A stretch of DNA of 64,000 bases from an uncultured bacterium (lineage in GTDB: Bacteria > Hydrogenedentota > CAZGCA01 > CBFDCQ01), in assembly GCA_965603355.1 (NCBI GenBank), contig CBFDCQ010000003.1:20802-84801 (forward strand), given 5' to 3'. The position numbers and the translations under genes were made by a program. The notes beneath the pieces were generated by a model, which had not been told where the DNA came from, ran no database searches, and saw only the letters and a program-made list of their open reading frames with translations. Positions 17,036 through 25,638 of the stretch are shown piece by piece. Each line of letters opens with the position of its first letter. Positions within the stretch are counted from its first letter, which is position 1.

Positions 17036-17913
17036 TCCTGTTCCACGAGTTCGCGATAGGCTCTGTGCAACTCCAGCGTAACCTTGCCGGGCGTTCCGTC
17101 GCCGATACTCTCGTTTTCCACCGCAACGACGGGCATGATCTCGGCTGTCGAGTTGGTGATGAACACCTCGTCGGCCTGAAACATATCTTCAGGCCGTAAC
17201 ATCGCCTCTGCAGTCTTGATTCCGAGTTCCGGCGCCATCTCGAGCACGGTTGCTCTCGTAATGCCGGGCAGGACGCCGCATTCGAGGGACGGTGTCAGAA
17301 GCTCGTTTCCTCGGACCGTGAACAGGTTTGTCGTGCTGCCTTCCGTCAGGAAACCGTCCGCGTTCAGCATGACCGCCTCGAACGCTCCCGCATCTTCCGC
17401 CTCGGCCCTTGCGAGTACGCTGTTGAGGTAATTGGCGGACTTGGCTGCCGGGTCGACTGCATCCGGGCTGTTCCTCCGTGTCGCCGCGATGACGATCTTT
17501 ACGCCATCACGGTACAGCTCCTCCGGATGGCCATCGAACGGTCTCGCCCAGAATAGTGTCGTCGGGCGCTGCTCGTAGTTCAGAGTGAACCGGCGCGGCC
17601 CGACTCCTCGGCTAACCGTAACGCGCGCGACGGCTTCCGTCAACCCGTTAGCCGAAATGACCCGTTCGAGCCGGTCGATGTACTCCTTTTCCGTGAAAGA
17701 AATATCGAGCCGTATGAGCGATGCGGATTGGCGCAGCCTGTCCCAGTGTGCCTGGCTGCGGAACGCACTGCCGTTGTACACCCGGAGCGTCTCGAACACG
17801 CCGTCACCGTACAGGAATCCCCTGTCGAAGATCGAAATCCGCGCTTGCTCTTCGGGAACGAGCTCGCCGTTCAGATCGATCTTGAGCGGCATCGTGTGCT
17901 CAGACCGTGTCAC
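17020..17913 (-). CDS. pabC: class IV aminotransferase-fold protein, probably aminodeoxychorismate lyase
   Basis: 297 aa with FLYGDGVFETLRVYNG, NYLNSVLA and LPGITR motifs of fold-type IV PLP enzymes. Adjacent to the pabB-like gene. Confidence 0.7.
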   Translation of the reverse strand: MTRSEHTMPLKIDLNGELVPEEQARISIFDRGFLYGDGVFETLRVYNGSAFRSQAHWDRLRQSASLIRLDISFTEKEYIDRLERVISANGLTEAVARVTVSRGVGPRRFTLNYEQRPTTLFWARPFDGHPEELYRDGVKIVIAATRRNSPDAVDPAAKSANYLNSVLARAEAEDAGAFEAVMLNADGFLTEGSTTNLFTVRGNELLTPSLECGVLPGITRATVLEMAPELGIKTAEAMLRPEDMFQADEVFITNSTAEIMPVVAVENESIGDGTPGKVTLELHRAYRELVEQECYTE

Positions 17914-17968
17914 AGCTTGATATCCTCAACCATATCCGTTTGGCGTGCGCTCAATCACTCATAACTAA

Positions 17969-18044
17969 GGTAGGGCGGGCATCCTGCCCGCCGCTCATAA
18001 GCGTCCGCCGCGCGCTGTCCTGTCGGGCAAGATGCCCGACCTAC
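17969..18044. repeat. REPIN-like doublet: two inverted GTAGG-headed REP hairpins
   Basis: GGTAGGGCGGGCATCCTGCCCGCC (17969-17992) and GTCGGGCAAGATGCCCGACCTAC (18022-18044) face each other across a 29-nt spacer in the pabB-pabC gap. Confidence 0.75.
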
Positions 18045-18078
18045 CTGACTGTCGAGCGCAGCGCCCGCAAGCGTGTTC

Positions 18079-19569
18079 CTACCCGGACCTGGCTCTCAGG
18101 GCTTCGACAAGCGCGCGCGCTTTGTGCCAGGTCTCCAGATATTCCTCTTCCGGGTTGGAATCCGCCACGACACCTCCGCCAACCTGTATGAAAGCGTGCC
18201 CTTTGGCTATCACGAACGTCCTGATGATAATGTTGAGGTCGGTGTCACCGGAAAAACTTATCCATCCTGCCGAGCCGGTGTACGGTCCGCGGCGGACCGT
18301 CTCCAGCTCGTCTATGATCTCCATGCACCTGACCTTCGGCACGCCGGTAATGCTTGCGCCGGGGAACGCCGCCTTCAGCAGATCGATCGCGTCGCGGTCA
18401 TCGCGCATCTTGCCGACGACGTTCGACACGATATGAATCACGTGACTGTACTTCTCGGTGACCTTAAGCTCGTCCGGCAGGACGGTACCGTACTCGCATA
18501 CCCTGCCGATATCGTTGCGCGACATATCGACGATCATAATATGTTCAGCGGTCTCCTTTTGGCTGAGCAAGAGTTCCTCGGTCATTGCGATATCGCCTTC
18601 CGGGCTCGTGCCTCGCGGCCGGGTACCAGCAATCGGCCGGGTATCGACGCATCTACCGGTGAGCTTAATCAACCTTTCCGGTGAACAGCTGACGAGCTGG
18701 AACTCGCCTAAATCGAGGTAGAATGCGAAGGGTGACGGGTTGATTCTTCTCAAAGCCCTGTACAGTGCGAGCGTATCGCCGTGGAATTCCGCGTGGATTC
18801 GCTGCGAGAGGTTTGCCTGGAAGATATCACCCGCGGCGATGTACTCCTTGGTTGCTCCGACCATCTCGGCGTACGATTTGACGTCGTGCGTGCTGCCGAG
18901 GGTGCCGAACTCGTAGGTTGACTCGAGCGGCGCACGTCGGCCCTTGTCAATCTCGATGGTGCGTTTCAGGGACTCCAGCTTGGCGCGTGCTTTCTCGTAC
19001 GCGACGTCGGGGTCGGTCTCTCCGGGGGCGGTGGCACACACCTTTATGCTGTCGTCCGAGCGGTCAAGAAGGACGACCGAGTCAACGAAAAGCATGCATA
19101 TTTCCGGCAGGTCGAGGTCGTCATCTACCGTGTCCGGCAACGATTCGATAAGGTTCTTCACGTCGTACGAGAAGAAGCCGACAGCGCCTGCGCTGAAATC
19201 GGGCAGGTAATCGACTCTGGGCGCACGGTAGCGGTGCAGGATCTCTCGCAGGGCGTCGAGCGGGTTACCGTCAACCGTCTCGGTCCCTCCGCTGCAGCGG
19301 AATTCCGAGCGGAAGCCTTTACTGGTGAATATCCCGAACGGGTTGCCGCCGAGTATGCAGTAGCGTGCCACCTTGAGCGGGCCGTCGGCGCTGTCGAGAA
19401 GGAACGGGTGCTCAACGCGCCTGCGCAGGCGCTCGAAAAGCGCTACGGGATCGAACGGGACGTTCACCGCATCGCAGTATACGGGCGGTGCGGCGCCATG
19501 TTGGTCAAACAGGTTGCGAAAGGTCTTTCTGTCCGGCGCCACCTTCGTGGTGATCAGTCCCACACTCAT
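18079..19569 (-). CDS. pabB: aminodeoxychorismate/anthranilate synthase component I
   Basis: Chorismate-binding family motifs (IAAGDIFQANLSQR, GTRPRG, PGASITGVPKVRCMEIIDELE, RGPYTGSAGW). Start set at ATG 19569, which makes an ATGA overlap with the tsaB stop. The pabB-versus-trpE assignment rests on the adjacent lyase-like gene. Confidence 0.75.
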   Translation of the reverse strand: MSVGLITTKVAPDRKTFRNLFDQHGAAPPVYCDAVNVPFDPVALFERLRRRVEHPFLLDSADGPLKVARYCILGGNPFGIFTSKGFRSEFRCSGGTETVDGNPLDALREILHRYRAPRVDYLPDFSAGAVGFFSYDVKNLIESLPDTVDDDLDLPEICMLFVDSVVLLDRSDDSIKVCATAPGETDPDVAYEKARAKLESLKRTIEIDKGRRAPLESTYEFGTLGSTHDVKSYAEMVGATKEYIAAGDIFQANLSQRIHAEFHGDTLALYRALRRINPSPFAFYLDLGEFQLVSCSPERLIKLTGRCVDTRPIAGTRPRGTSPEGDIAMTEELLLSQKETAEHIMIVDMSRNDIGRVCEYGTVLPDELKVTEKYSHVIHIVSNVVGKMRDDRDAIDLLKAAFPGASITGVPKVRCMEIIDELETVRRGPYTGSAGWISFSGDTDLNIIIRTFVIAKGHAFIQVGGGVVADSNPEEEYLETWHKARALVEALRARSG

Positions 19570-20261
19570 TTCTTCTTGCTCTTGCCCCACTTTCGTTCCG
19601 CTTCAGATTTGCGGAGGTATATCGGCTCCAGCGTATCAATATCGTCCGACTCGCCTTTGTCAAGGCGCGACTTCGCGATCGCGGCGACGTTCACGGCTCT
19701 TGGTATCCACAACCGCTGCGGGGCGAATACGGCCCGTTCCCCGAGCGTTGCCACGATCCTGTCGCGGTAGAGAGGTATGCCGTCTCCAAGAATCACGACC
19801 GCCTCATCAGTTTTGCCAAATAGCTCTTCGACGGGGGCCACCATGTCCTCGGAGAGCTTCTCGCACAGTCCGTCATTGAACCTGTAGAATGCGGCGTACA
19901 CTTCGTCCATTCGCGCGTCGAGTATCGGACAGATCATATGCCGCGAGAACGCGACCGAGGCGGCGAGCGCATCGAGCGTCGGCACGGCGACGAGCCTTTT
20001 GTCCGCCGCGAGCGCAAGACCCTTGAACGTTGCCAGTCCTATACGCAGTCCGGTGAAGGAGCCGGGACCTATAGCTACGGCGAGAGCGTCAACGTCGGCG
20101 ATCTCCATCCCGCAGTCCGTCAGAACGCGGTCAATCGTCGGCATGAGTCGCGCGGAATGGGTCTCCGACACGTTGAGGGTGTACTCCGCGACGGGAGTCT
20201 CGTCCTCGACGAGTGCGACACCGCCTGTCTTCGTGGATGTATCAGCTGCGAGTATTATCAT
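19566..20261 (-). CDS. tsaB: tRNA t6A37 biosynthesis protein TsaB
   Basis: MIILAADTSTKTGGVAL N-terminus and IAIGPGSFTGLRIGLATFKGLA motif. Start moved to ATG 20261. Confidence 0.85.
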   Translation of the reverse strand: MIILAADTSTKTGGVALVEDETPVAEYTLNVSETHSARLMPTIDRVLTDCGMEIADVDALAVAIGPGSFTGLRIGLATFKGLALAADKRLVAVPTLDALAASVAFSRHMICPILDARMDEVYAAFYRFNDGLCEKLSEDMVAPVEELFGKTDEAVVILGDGIPLYRDRIVATLGERAVFAPQRLWIPRAVNVAAIAKSRLDKGESDDIDTLEPIYLRKSEAERKWGKSKKK

Positions 20262-20289
20262 ACGAGTTTGGTCAGCGTGAACCGCACCT

Positions 20290-20361
20290 GTCATTCTGAG
20301 TCCGCTTCGGCGGACGAAGAATCTCGGCGTAAATGAGACCCTTCACTTCGCTCAGGGTGAC
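20290..20361. repeat. 72-nt imperfect inverted repeat in the tsaB leader
   Basis: GTCATTCTGAG...CGAAGAATCTC (20290-20325) faces GAGACCCTTCACTTCGCTCAGGGTGAC (20335-20361). The arms pair with two G-U pairs when read as minus-strand RNA. Confidence 0.6.
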
Positions 20362-20431
20362 GCCGGATCACGTTGTACTTCAATACCTTCTTGAATTCCC
20401 CGGCGATTCTTACCATATCCGACGTGCAAGG

Positions 20432-20460
20432 ATTATCGCACGAAGAGCCGATTGGGTCAA
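20432..20460 (-). promoter_or_regulatory. candidate promoter of the tsaB operon (TTGACC-N17-GATAAT on minus strand)
   Basis: Reverse strand reads TTGACC (20460-20455) and GATAAT (20437-20432). Confidence 0.4.
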
Positions 20461-20491
20461 GATAAACCGTGCGGGGCGGTCGGTTCGGGAA

Positions 20492-20656
20492 TAGGGTTTG
20501 ATGAATCAAACCCCTACGCGCGGTACAGGGCACCAAAGGTAGGCCGGGCATCCTGCCCGGCTATGCGCAGGATTCGAGACGGGACCAAGGCGGGCAAGAT
20601 GCCCGCCCTACAGCCGGTTGGAGATTGCGTGTGTAGGGGCACGATTCATCGTGCCC
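20492..20656. repeat. cluster of four REP-type hairpins (three different stems)
   Basis: TAGGGTTTGATGAATCAAACCCCTA (20492-20516); GGTAGGCCGGGCATCCTGCCCGGCTA (20538-20563); GGCGGGCAAGATGCCCGCCCTAC (20589-20611); GTAGGGGCACGATTCATCGTGCCC (20633-20656). Confidence 0.75.
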
Positions 20657-20672
20657 GAAGGTCTCGGTGGCC

Positions 20673-22070
20673 TTACTCTTCAGCCTTCCTGGCTTGCCGG
20701 ACTGCGCGGCGGATCAGGAAGATGGCGACAGCCACCAGCGGTACCCACACCACCGCCCAGATGCCGAGCCAAATTATGCGCGCCGTGAGGTTCTGGAAGA
20801 AACCTACAAGCCTGCGGGTAGCCTCGCTTGCGACCTTACCGACACTGAACGTCTCGGGTGGCACAACCGGCCCCGCCTTTGGCTTCTCATGCAGAACTAT
20901 GTTGAATGTCGAGAAGTCCACACGGTTGCTCAGGTACCGCAACCGGCCCTGCAACCGTTCGATCTGCTCACGTATGCGGTTGAGCTCCCGCTCGATTTCC
21001 ACAATTCCCTCGAGGTCGCCGGTGCGTTCGAAGTGCTTGAGCAAGCGGTCCTCGGTGGCTTTGAGGTTACGCACTCTGGCGTCGGTATCCACGAACTCCT
21101 CGGTCACATCCGCAGTTGAGATTTTGCGGTTAAGCACTTTACCGAGCGGTTCGAGCTGGTGCATGGTGTCATCGAACCGGTCCGCGGGTACGCGTATCTG
21201 AACTTGTATGGAGCGGCGTCCGAGCGAGTCCACCGACTCGCGCAAGTCGGAGACGTATCCGCCGAGCCCTTGCAGCGCCGCGACGAGGGTTTCGCTTGCT
21301 TTACGCGCATCTTCCGTCTCTATCAGGATGCTGGCGTTCTTGATGAGATAGCGGCCCGGCTGGGTGGGCTCGATCAGTGCAAGACTCTGGTCCCCGGCGC
21401 TGGCTGCTTTCCGATCAAATTGTTGTACGGGACGGTTTGCCACCTGCTCTGTAAGTTCTCCATAGCGGTATCTGCCCGCGCCCATGCCGCCCATGCCGCC
21501 GCCACCGAATCCGCCTCTTCCGAAGCCGCCGCCATCGAACACGACCGGAACGCCCTTGCTTACGTCCTCTCCACGGCTCCGTTGGGCTACTGTGCCGAAT
21601 CTCCTCCCCATCTGTGGCGCCTCTGCGAGCTCGACCTCGTATCTGCCGTTGCTGACAGGAACCCTGGCGCGCTCCCCCGGTGGGCGGGTGCGGTAGGCGA
21701 CTCTAGGCGGTATCATGACCGACACCACTGCCAGAATGAGCACAGCGGCAACCGCAAACTGCCAGCTTACGAGCGGATGTCGCCCCACACGTGCTGCCTT
21801 GATCCAGCGGACCAAGCCGGCTATGCGAGCACGTACTGAAGCCTTCTCCGCCCTCTTGCTGATAGCAGCACGCTGAGCTCTTGTCAGCTCGTGGGCGGGT
21901 TCCGCCTGGAGCGCTTTGACGGCGAGGTTCGCCGTCGCGCGGAGTTCCGCGACGGTCGCTCGCAACGATTCATCCTCTTCGACCGCCTTCTCAACGGCTT
22001 CGCGTTCAGTTTCGTCCAGTTCACCGAGCACGTACGCTACAAGTTTCTCTTTATCGATGTCGAAAGTCAT
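20673..22070 (-). CDS. putative membrane anti-sigma factor with DUF4349-like periplasmic coiled-coil domain
   Basis: 465 aa, 4 nt downstream of the ECF sigma gene. Anti-sigma-like N-terminus (LVAYVLGELDETEREAVE), one TM helix, and a Gly-rich tract GGGFGRGGFGGGGMGGMGAG. The C-terminal region has the DUF4349 layout (coiled coil then terminal TM helix). Confidence 0.65.
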   Translation of the reverse strand: MTFDIDKEKLVAYVLGELDETEREAVEKAVEEDESLRATVAELRATANLAVKALQAEPAHELTRAQRAAISKRAEKASVRARIAGLVRWIKAARVGRHPLVSWQFAVAAVLILAVVSVMIPPRVAYRTRPPGERARVPVSNGRYEVELAEAPQMGRRFGTVAQRSRGEDVSKGVPVVFDGGGFGRGGFGGGGMGGMGAGRYRYGELTEQVANRPVQQFDRKAASAGDQSLALIEPTQPGRYLIKNASILIETEDARKASETLVAALQGLGGYVSDLRESVDSLGRRSIQVQIRVPADRFDDTMHQLEPLGKVLNRKISTADVTEEFVDTDARVRNLKATEDRLLKHFERTGDLEGIVEIERELNRIREQIERLQGRLRYLSNRVDFSTFNIVLHEKPKAGPVVPPETFSVGKVASEATRRLVGFFQNLTARIIWLGIWAVVWVPLVAVAIFLIRRAVRQARKAEE

Positions 22071-22074
22071 GATT

Positions 22075-22608
22075 CTACACCTCCTGGGCGAGGTTGATCT
22101 TGCCCCGAAGTCGTTCCCGTAATGAATCCAGCGCTGCTCCGACCAGGTGACTTACCGTACCGAGGGATATGCCCATGACCTCGCCGATCTCCCGGTACGT
22201 CATCTCGCCCTGGAACTTCAGGCGGAACGCCTCCTGCTGGTTCTCCGGCAGCGTATCGAGCGCGTCGAGTACGAAGCCATACTCCTCATGGGTTTGGGCG
22301 ACAGCGCCCGGCCCGGGAGCGTTGCTCCGGATCGACTCTGCCTGGCCTTCCTGTAAAGACCCCATGCGCCCCTCCTTCCTGCGGACATCCAGCGCGCGGT
22401 TCCTGCAGACCGTGTAGAGCCAGGCCGCCAGGTGCCCGTCAACCTTGGCGCGGTCCGCCTTGCACAGGCGCAGGAACGTGTCCTGCACGACGTCGCGCGC
22501 CAGTTCGATGTCTCCGGTAATGCGGGTGGCGTAACGAATTAAGGGTCGCTCGTATCGGGCCAGCGCCGCCAGCACGAACTCGGCTCTTGTCAGTGGTTCA
22601 TCGGCCAT
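22075..22608 (-). CDS. ECF-type RNA polymerase sigma-70 factor
   Basis: 177 aa. Region 2 (ARDVVQDTFLRL..WLYTVCRNRALDVRR) and region 4 HTH (MTYREIGEVMGISLGTVSHLV). Confidence 0.9.
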   Translation of the reverse strand: MADEPLTRAEFVLAALARYERPLIRYATRITGDIELARDVVQDTFLRLCKADRAKVDGHLAAWLYTVCRNRALDVRRKEGRMGSLQEGQAESIRSNAPGPGAVAQTHEEYGFVLDALDTLPENQQEAFRLKFQGEMTYREIGEVMGISLGTVSHLVGAALDSLRERLRGKINLAQEV

Positions 22609-22646
22609 TCTTGTGTCCTTGGACTGTCTTCACTCTATATAACGAT

Positions 22647-23969
22647 TCACGGGCGGATCTGTTCAGTCCCGCCGGCTGTTGACGTCTTGGACGAGAAAAG
22701 CTCGACGGCCTCGCCGGCGAGATAAAGCGAGCCGGCGATCAGTATCAGTGAATCGGCGGATGCTTCCGAGTCGGCGCGAGCGACTGCAGCCTGCAAATTG
22801 GGCTCCAGTACGCACTTATCGGAGTACTGCTTGGCAACTTCGAAGAGCGTCTCGGCGGGCATGGACCGGTGGAGACTGTACCGTGTGACGATGATGTTCG
22901 CGGCTATGGGTGAGAGGGCGGAAACGATTCCCGCGGCGTTCTTGTCGCCCGACACGGCGACGATCAACGTGACACGCTTGTCGGGGAACGCCTTCTGCAT
23001 CTCGTCACGGAGGCTGGCGGCCGCCGAAGGATTGTGCGCACCGTCTACTATGGTAAGAGGGCTCGTCCTTACAGGTTCAAAGCGGCACGGCCATTCTGTC
23101 GAGGCGAAACCGTTCCGGATGGATTCGCCGGTGATACTCGGAAACCGCTTCTTCAGTATCAGGCTTGCCATGGTCGCCAACGCAGCGTTCTCTCCCTGAT
23201 AGGCGCCCGCGAGCGGAACAACGAGGTCATGCAGCTCGCCAAGTGTGCTTGAAAAACGCATCCGTTGCATCGGGAATTGGTCCGGCTCTATGTCGTAGTT
23301 GAAATCCACGCCGTCAACGAACAGGGTCGATCCCGTATCGCGGCACTTCTCTCTGACGACTCTTAACGCCTCGTCGTGGCGTGCCGCAGTGACGACGGGA
23401 ACGCCGGGCTTGATGATCTCGGCCTTCTCGAACGCGATCTGCTGTATGGAGTCGCCGAGATACTGCGCGTGGTCAACGTCGACATTCGTTATTACGACAA
23501 CCTCGGGCTCGAGCACGTTGGTTGAGTCGAGCCGTCCGCCGAGACCCGTCTCTATCACCGCAAAATCCACCTTCTTGCGGCGGAAATGTTCAAACGCGAG
23601 AGCTGTTCCAAACTCAAAGTATGTGGGTTTTTCAAGACCCTCGATCTCCGGCATCTGTTCCGCGATCGGCATGAAGAGGAGTATGAGTTCATCCAGCTCG
23701 GGGTCCGATACAGGCGTATCGTCGACAACGATTCGCTCGGAGAAATTAACAAGATGCGGCGAGGTGTAGCGACCGACGCTGAATCCCGCCTCTTCGAGCA
23801 CGCTGGTGAGAAACGCCACCGTGGAGCCTTTTCCGTTGGTACCTCCCACGTGTACGGTGCGGTACTCGATCTGGGGATTGCCGACGGCACCGAGCATGTG
23901 GCGGATATTGCTCAGACCGAACTTGATACCGCGCTCTTCGAGTCCAAAGAGGTATTCTTGGGGTGTCAT
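22647..23969 (-). CDS. folC: bifunctional folylpolyglutamate synthase/dihydrofolate synthase
   Basis: P-loop HVGGTNGKGST and Mur-ligase-like middle and C-terminal domains. ATG 23969 forms an ATGA overlap with the accD stop. accD-folC adjacency is a classical arrangement. Confidence 0.9.
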   Translation of the reverse strand: MTPQEYLFGLEERGIKFGLSNIRHMLGAVGNPQIEYRTVHVGGTNGKGSTVAFLTSVLEEAGFSVGRYTSPHLVNFSERIVVDDTPVSDPELDELILLFMPIAEQMPEIEGLEKPTYFEFGTALAFEHFRRKKVDFAVIETGLGGRLDSTNVLEPEVVVITNVDVDHAQYLGDSIQQIAFEKAEIIKPGVPVVTAARHDEALRVVREKCRDTGSTLFVDGVDFNYDIEPDQFPMQRMRFSSTLGELHDLVVPLAGAYQGENAALATMASLILKKRFPSITGESIRNGFASTEWPCRFEPVRTSPLTIVDGAHNPSAAASLRDEMQKAFPDKRVTLIVAVSGDKNAAGIVSALSPIAANIIVTRYSLHRSMPAETLFEVAKQYSDKCVLEPNLQAAVARADSEASADSLILIAGSLYLAGEAVELFSSKTSTAGGTEQIRP

Positions 23970-24808
23970 TGAGACAGGTATCTCAGTACGCAGGCAACTG
24001 TGGCCTTGAGCTGGCATCTTGGCACGATCATGTCAACGAAGCCGTGTTCGCGCTGAAACTCGGCTCGCTGGAAACCTTCGGGGAGTTCCTCCCGTATGGT
24101 TCCCTCGATCACGCGTTGACCCGCAAAACCGATCAGAGCGCCGGGTTCTGCAATCACGACGTCGCCCTGTGAGGCGAAGCTGGCCAGCACGCCGCCGGTC
24201 GTCGGGTCGGTAAGTATTGATATGAACGGGACGCGCGCTTCGTCCAATCTTGCTAGCGCGGCGTTTGCCTTAGCCATCTGCATCAGGGAGATCATTCCCT
24301 CGTGCATGCGGGCTCCGCCCGAGGCTGAAACGCTTATGAAGGGGATGCCCATCTCGGTGGACAGCTCGATGGCGCGAGTGGTCTTCTCACCAACCACGGA
24401 GCCCATACTGCCCATCATGAAGAAGGGATCCATAACCAGCACCGCGACGTCGGCACCGTCTATCGTTCCGGTACCCCAAATCGCGGCAGCTTTGAGACCG
24501 GTCGCTTGCTGGTTTTCGGCGATCTTATCCTTGTACGATTTGCCGTCAACGGAGAAGTCCAGCGGGTTGACTGATTCCAGAGAGGCGTCATGCTCTTCGA
24601 ATGTTCCTTCATCCACAAGGATCTCTAACCTCCGCAGTGCGCTGATTCTGAAGTGGTGCTGGCACTTAGGACAGACGTGCAGGTTCTTCTCAATGTCCTC
24701 GCGGTATACGATCTCGTTGCACTTCGGACACTTATCCCATACGGCAGGCATGTCTTTGCGGGTGGCGGGTTTGACCGACGCGTATCTCTGTTTCTTGAAC
24801 CACGGCAT
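23966..24808 (-). CDS. accD: acetyl-CoA carboxylase carboxyltransferase beta subunit
   Basis: 280 aa with N-terminal zinc ribbon CPKCNEIVY...CPKCQHH and carboxyltransferase core GGARMHEG. Confidence 0.95.
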   Translation of the reverse strand: MPWFKKQRYASVKPATRKDMPAVWDKCPKCNEIVYREDIEKNLHVCPKCQHHFRISALRRLEILVDEGTFEEHDASLESVNPLDFSVDGKSYKDKIAENQQATGLKAAAIWGTGTIDGADVAVLVMDPFFMMGSMGSVVGEKTTRAIELSTEMGIPFISVSASGGARMHEGMISLMQMAKANAALARLDEARVPFISILTDPTTGGVLASFASQGDVVIAEPGALIGFAGQRVIEGTIREELPEGFQRAEFQREHGFVDMIVPRCQLKATVACVLRYLSQ

Positions 24809-24878
24809 GGTGACTGTCTCGCTTTGATATTAAGGAGAAGTGGTTCCTCTATCTACGCCTCTCCATGCGGCTTGCCAA

Positions 24879-24902
24879 GGGCGAGGCATGCCTCGCCCCT
24901 AC
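24879..24902. repeat. REP-type hairpin with CCCTAC tail
   Basis: GGGCGAGGCATGCCTCGCCCCTAC, a perfect 9-bp stem overlapping the stop codon of the zinc-ribbon gene. Confidence 0.65.
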
Positions 24903-25615
24903 GCCTCCCGGACGTTTTCCTGCCAATACAGAATTCGGGAACAGCTCTGACAGGTGATGATGCGGTCGCCGGCTATCAGCTCGTTAACGACCTGCGCCGG
25001 AATTTGCATGAAACACCCTCCGCACGAATCGTTCACGACCGGTACAGCTCCGGGACCGTCCTTTTTGGCCATGCGGATCTTCTCGTACAGTTGGTACAGA
25101 TCCTCGTCCACGCCCGGTATCAGCTCTAGTCTCATCTGCCGGCGTTTGTCCAGTTCTTGCTTGACTTCTTGCAGCTCCTTTTCGAGCCGGATCTTATTAT
25201 CGCGAACCGCATCCTCTTCTTCCCGGACAGTCTTCTCAGCGGAGGCGATCTCCTCCGTAGCGTAGTCAATGTCGGTGAGAATCTCGAGGATCCTTTCCTC
25301 GATTGAGGAAATGTCCGCCTTAACAGCGTCCATCTCCGCCAGCATCGCTTTATATTCCTTGTTAGTTTTCACCGCAAACAGTTGCGTGTCGTACTTTTTG
25401 AGGAGGTTGTTCTTGTCTTCGAGAATCAGCTCTTCGTGGCGCTGCTGTTTGTCGAGTTCCTTGTGACGTGCCTTGGCCCCGTCAAGAAAGTCCTTAGCCT
25501 CGGCGAGCTCAGCATCGAGTGCCGCGGACTCGCGCGGTATGGAGTCCGCACGCGCCTTCAGGTCATCCACCTGGAGGTCGGACTCCTGAATCCTGACAAG
25601 AAGTTGCATATTCAT
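24899..25615 (-). CDS. coiled-coil protein with C-terminal C4 zinc ribbon (COG1579-like)
   Basis: 238 aa. Long heptad-rich region, then CGGC...CQSC ribbon (NDSCGGCFMQIP...IITCQSCSRILY). Confidence 0.75.
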   Translation of the reverse strand: MNMQLLVRIQESDLQVDDLKARADSIPRESAALDAELAEAKDFLDGAKARHKELDKQQRHEELILEDKNNLLKKYDTQLFAVKTNKEYKAMLAEMDAVKADISSIEERILEILTDIDYATEEIASAEKTVREEEDAVRDNKIRLEKELQEVKQELDKRRQMRLELIPGVDEDLYQLYEKIRMAKKDGPGAVPVVNDSCGGCFMQIPAQVVNELIAGDRIITCQSCSRILYWQENVREA

Positions 25616-25638
25616 ATCTCAAACCACGGCCTGGAAGC

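Noticed and set aside
20291-20551. 86-aa minus-strand ORF
   Set aside because: It is assembled from the inverted-repeat element and REP hairpins (..HPERSEGSHLRRDSSSAEADSE), lies in the tsaB promoter/leader region, and has no RBS.
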